Notes under the pieces: model-generated | The model's input: the letters and a program-made list of their open reading frames with translations, nothing else | Told to the model about the DNA's origin: nothing | Database searches by the model: none | Made by a program: the position numbers and the translations under genes | In this document: one piece after another, positions 62,291 through 64,000 of the stretch | Layout: each line of letters begins with the position of its first letter | How positions within the stretch are numbered: the first letter of the stretch is position 1 | From: a virus | Reading direction: 5' to 3' (one strand) | IMG/VR virus record: IMGVR_UViG_3300014720_000002 | Length of the DNA: 64,000 bases

Positions 62291-64000
62291 ATTCAAGCCA
62301 GCACCGAACCCTACGACCCCCTGCTGGACGCGAAGGCCGCCGGCATCCGCGCCGATCTGCGCGCCGCCGAGTCTACCACCAACCGGGAGCCGACCAAGGC
62401 TCAGATCCGCGCAGAAAATTACGCCAAAGGTGAGTTCAAGTGGCAGGGGTTGACGGTGCGCATCGAGAATCCCCGGGGCAGTGTGCGCAGCGGTGTCACA
62501 AAAGACGGACAGCCTTGGAGCCGAACGCTCAGGCACATTTACGGCCATCTCTGCACGAAGCGACATGGGCGCAGCGATGCGGACGGCGACGGTATCGACA
62601 TCTTTGTGGGCGATCATCCCGACAGCGCGTTGGTGGGTGTGATAGACCAGTTCATCGACGGCAAGTTCGATGAGGTAAAGTGCGTCATCGGATGCCTGGA
62701 CGCAGCCGACGCAGAACGCGTCTATCTGGCCAACTACCAGAAGAATTGGGACGGTTGCGGAGGGGTGACACTACTGACCGCCGAGCAGTTCAAGTCCTGG
62801 GCGAAGAACGGCGACACCGGCAAGCCGCTCAAGGGGCAGGACATGGCTTCGTTTCACAAGACCGCGCTGGACTTCAGCGAGGAGAGGCGCAAGCCGATTG
62901 GCTACGACGCCGACGGCAACATGGTCTGCGGTGACGGTTCAATCTTCGCTACCCGGGAGGAGATGGAAAAGCTTCGCCGACCGGCCGGCGCGCGGCTGGA
63001 CCAACTGGCTGTGCTGCCGCCAGGAATCACCGTTGAGCCAGGCAATGCGAAGGCAGCCGACGACCGCGCCTGGCATGTGGGGCGGAACACCGGCGAGATC
63101 AAGGAGGCCCGCACCGGCTTCCATCGCCCTGAGAACTTCGACCTCCTCAAGGAGCACAGCACGGAGAAGCTCAAGGTGGAGGCCGGCTGCAATGACTGGG
63201 AATCCGCCTGGACCGGCATCACCTTCACGTTCCCCGACCTGGGGCGTCAGGTCTGGGCGCACTTGACACCGCCCGCCACCTGTATCGACTCCGAGACGCC
63301 CAGCAAGGACCTGCCGCCCAGGGAGGAAATCCACGACTGGCAGGACAAGCTGGTGAAGGCATGGCTGTCTGCGGCCAAGGAACTGGCCCGCCAGGAGGAC
63401 GCCAAGCTGCATCCCGAACACTTCCTGCAGGCGGCCAAGGACACCCAGGTCAAGCAGTGGGTGGAGGCGGTGGGCGAGAACCGCATGAAGTGGGATCCGG
63501 TGAAGCAGGCATCCGTGGCGCCTCCAGCCGCCCAGCCGGAGGTCCAGGCTGGTCCGCCGCGCACCGGCCCCGAGGCCATCCTGCACGCCCTGCAGAACCT
63601 CGACCTGGACAAGCTCCGGGCTGACTCGATGGACGTGGTCCACCGCAAGCTCAAGAGCAAGCGCCCCGCTGCCGTGCAGATCCTGGGCTATCTGGAGGGT
63701 CTCAAGCGCGCCGAGATTCAGCCACACCAGTTGATGATCAGCCGGGTGCCGGTGCTGCCGCCCCAGTTCCGGCCGTTCTCTGCGGCTGGCGAGGCATTCA
63801 TCCCCGGCGATGCCAACGAGCTTTACCGCGACCTGTTCAACGTCCGGTCGGTCTATGAGCAGATGCGCGAGCGGCTGGGCGAGGAGGGGTCGCGGGCCGC
63901 GCGGCTCAACCTCTATGACGCCATGTCCGCGGTTTATGGGTTTGGCGAGCCGGTGTCCCCCAAGACGCGGGAGCGCGGGGTGACGGGGTTCCTGAAGACC
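62288..64000 (+). CDS. rpoC: InPase-like domain plus an unknown domain fused to the RNA polymerase beta-prime continuation; 3-prime partial and absent from the supplied ORF track
   Basis: Open frame from ATG 62288 to the window end (my translation). IENPRGSVRSG...PWS...YG...DGDGIDIFVG...IDQ...FDEVK...YLANYQKNWDG is the InPase of polyvalent proteins. From about 63561, TGPEAILHALQNLDLD...LMISRVPVLPPQFRP...DANELYRDL matches RpoC GAEAI..LL..DL...MIL.VLPVLPP.LRP...DLN.LYR. Confidence 0.9.
   Translation, partial: MIQASTEPYDPLLDAKAAGIRADLRAAESTTNREPTKAQIRAENYAKGEFKWQGLTVRIENPRGSVRSGVTKDGQPWSRTLRHIYGHLCTKRHGRSDADGDGIDIFVGDHPDSALVGVIDQFIDGKFDEVKCVIGCLDAADAERVYLANYQKNWDGCGGVTLLTAEQFKSWAKNGDTGKPLKGQDMASFHKTALDFSEERRKPIGYDADGNMVCGDGSIFATREEMEKLRRPAGARLDQLAVLPPGITVEPGNAKAADDRAWHVGRNTGEIKEARTGFHRPENFDLLKEHSTEKLKVEAGCNDWESAWTGITFTFPDLGRQVWAHLTPPATCIDSETPSKDLPPREEIHDWQDKLVKAWLSAAKELARQEDAKLHPEHFLQAAKDTQVKQWVEAVGENRMKWDPVKQASVAPPAAQPEVQAGPPRTGPEAILHALQNLDLDKLRADSMDVVHRKLKSKRPAAVQILGYLEGLKRAEIQPHQLMISRVPVLPPQFRPFSAAGEAFIPGDANELYRDLFNVRSVYEQMRERLGEEGSRAARLNLYDAMSAVYGFGEPVSPKTRERGVTGFLKT

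Noticed and set aside
53651-63727. Long minus-strand ORFs (53651-54739, 55432-56424, 57254-58177, 62939-63727 and similar)
   Set aside because: These are antisense shadows of high-GC3 plus-strand genes that have clear family motifs.
1-64000. Canonical CRISPR array or cas operon
   Set aside because: No direct repeats of 23-50 nt with spacers, and no cas1, cas2, cas3, cas5, cas6 or cas10-like ORFs were recognised.
1-64000. tRNA or rRNA genes; alternative genetic code
   Set aside because: I saw no cloverleaf or T-loop signatures in intergenic DNA. Recognisable genes are intact under code 11 and end in all three stop codons.

Overview
This looks like a 64-kb piece of a GC-rich jumbo-phage genome, with almost all genes on the + strand. 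Both ends carry larger enzyme-like or virion-like genes and two pieces of a multisubunit RNA polymerase. The first piece (4129-7296) is the beta C-terminal half with a LAGLIDADG intein, fused to the start of beta-prime. The rest of beta-prime begins 55 kb away (62288->64000), behind an inorganic-pyrophosphatase-like domain. The centre (about 7.2-55.2 kb) is a dense run of small overlapping ORFs, including DHFR, a dimeric dUTPase fusion, two HD hydrolases, an ADP-ribosyltransferase-like protein, a MYG1-like nuclease and many hypotheticals. The standout feature is an orphan Cas7-like RAMP gene (23531-24391) with no other cas genes or CRISPR repeats, plus four dispersed intergenic + strand arrays of degenerate NGY-NN pentamers (37534-37955, 49021-49376, 53405-53486, 55209-55593). 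The arrays are organised into unique units of 5n+1 nt, all but two of which open with GGY. This resembles the VIPR-type (GGY/NN non-contiguous guide RNA) systems as I recall them from recent literature, but here the first base of the constant triplet is variable. I also found two promoter classes with fixed spacing (GYAAY-N18-ATAAG x5; TTGnnn-N17-NACGCT-N5/7-ATG x3) and a family of hairpins followed by CTTTAG. The dUTPase and DHFR resemble Verrucomicrobiota homologues from memory, which is a tentative host clue. All counts were made by hand and no database searches were run.
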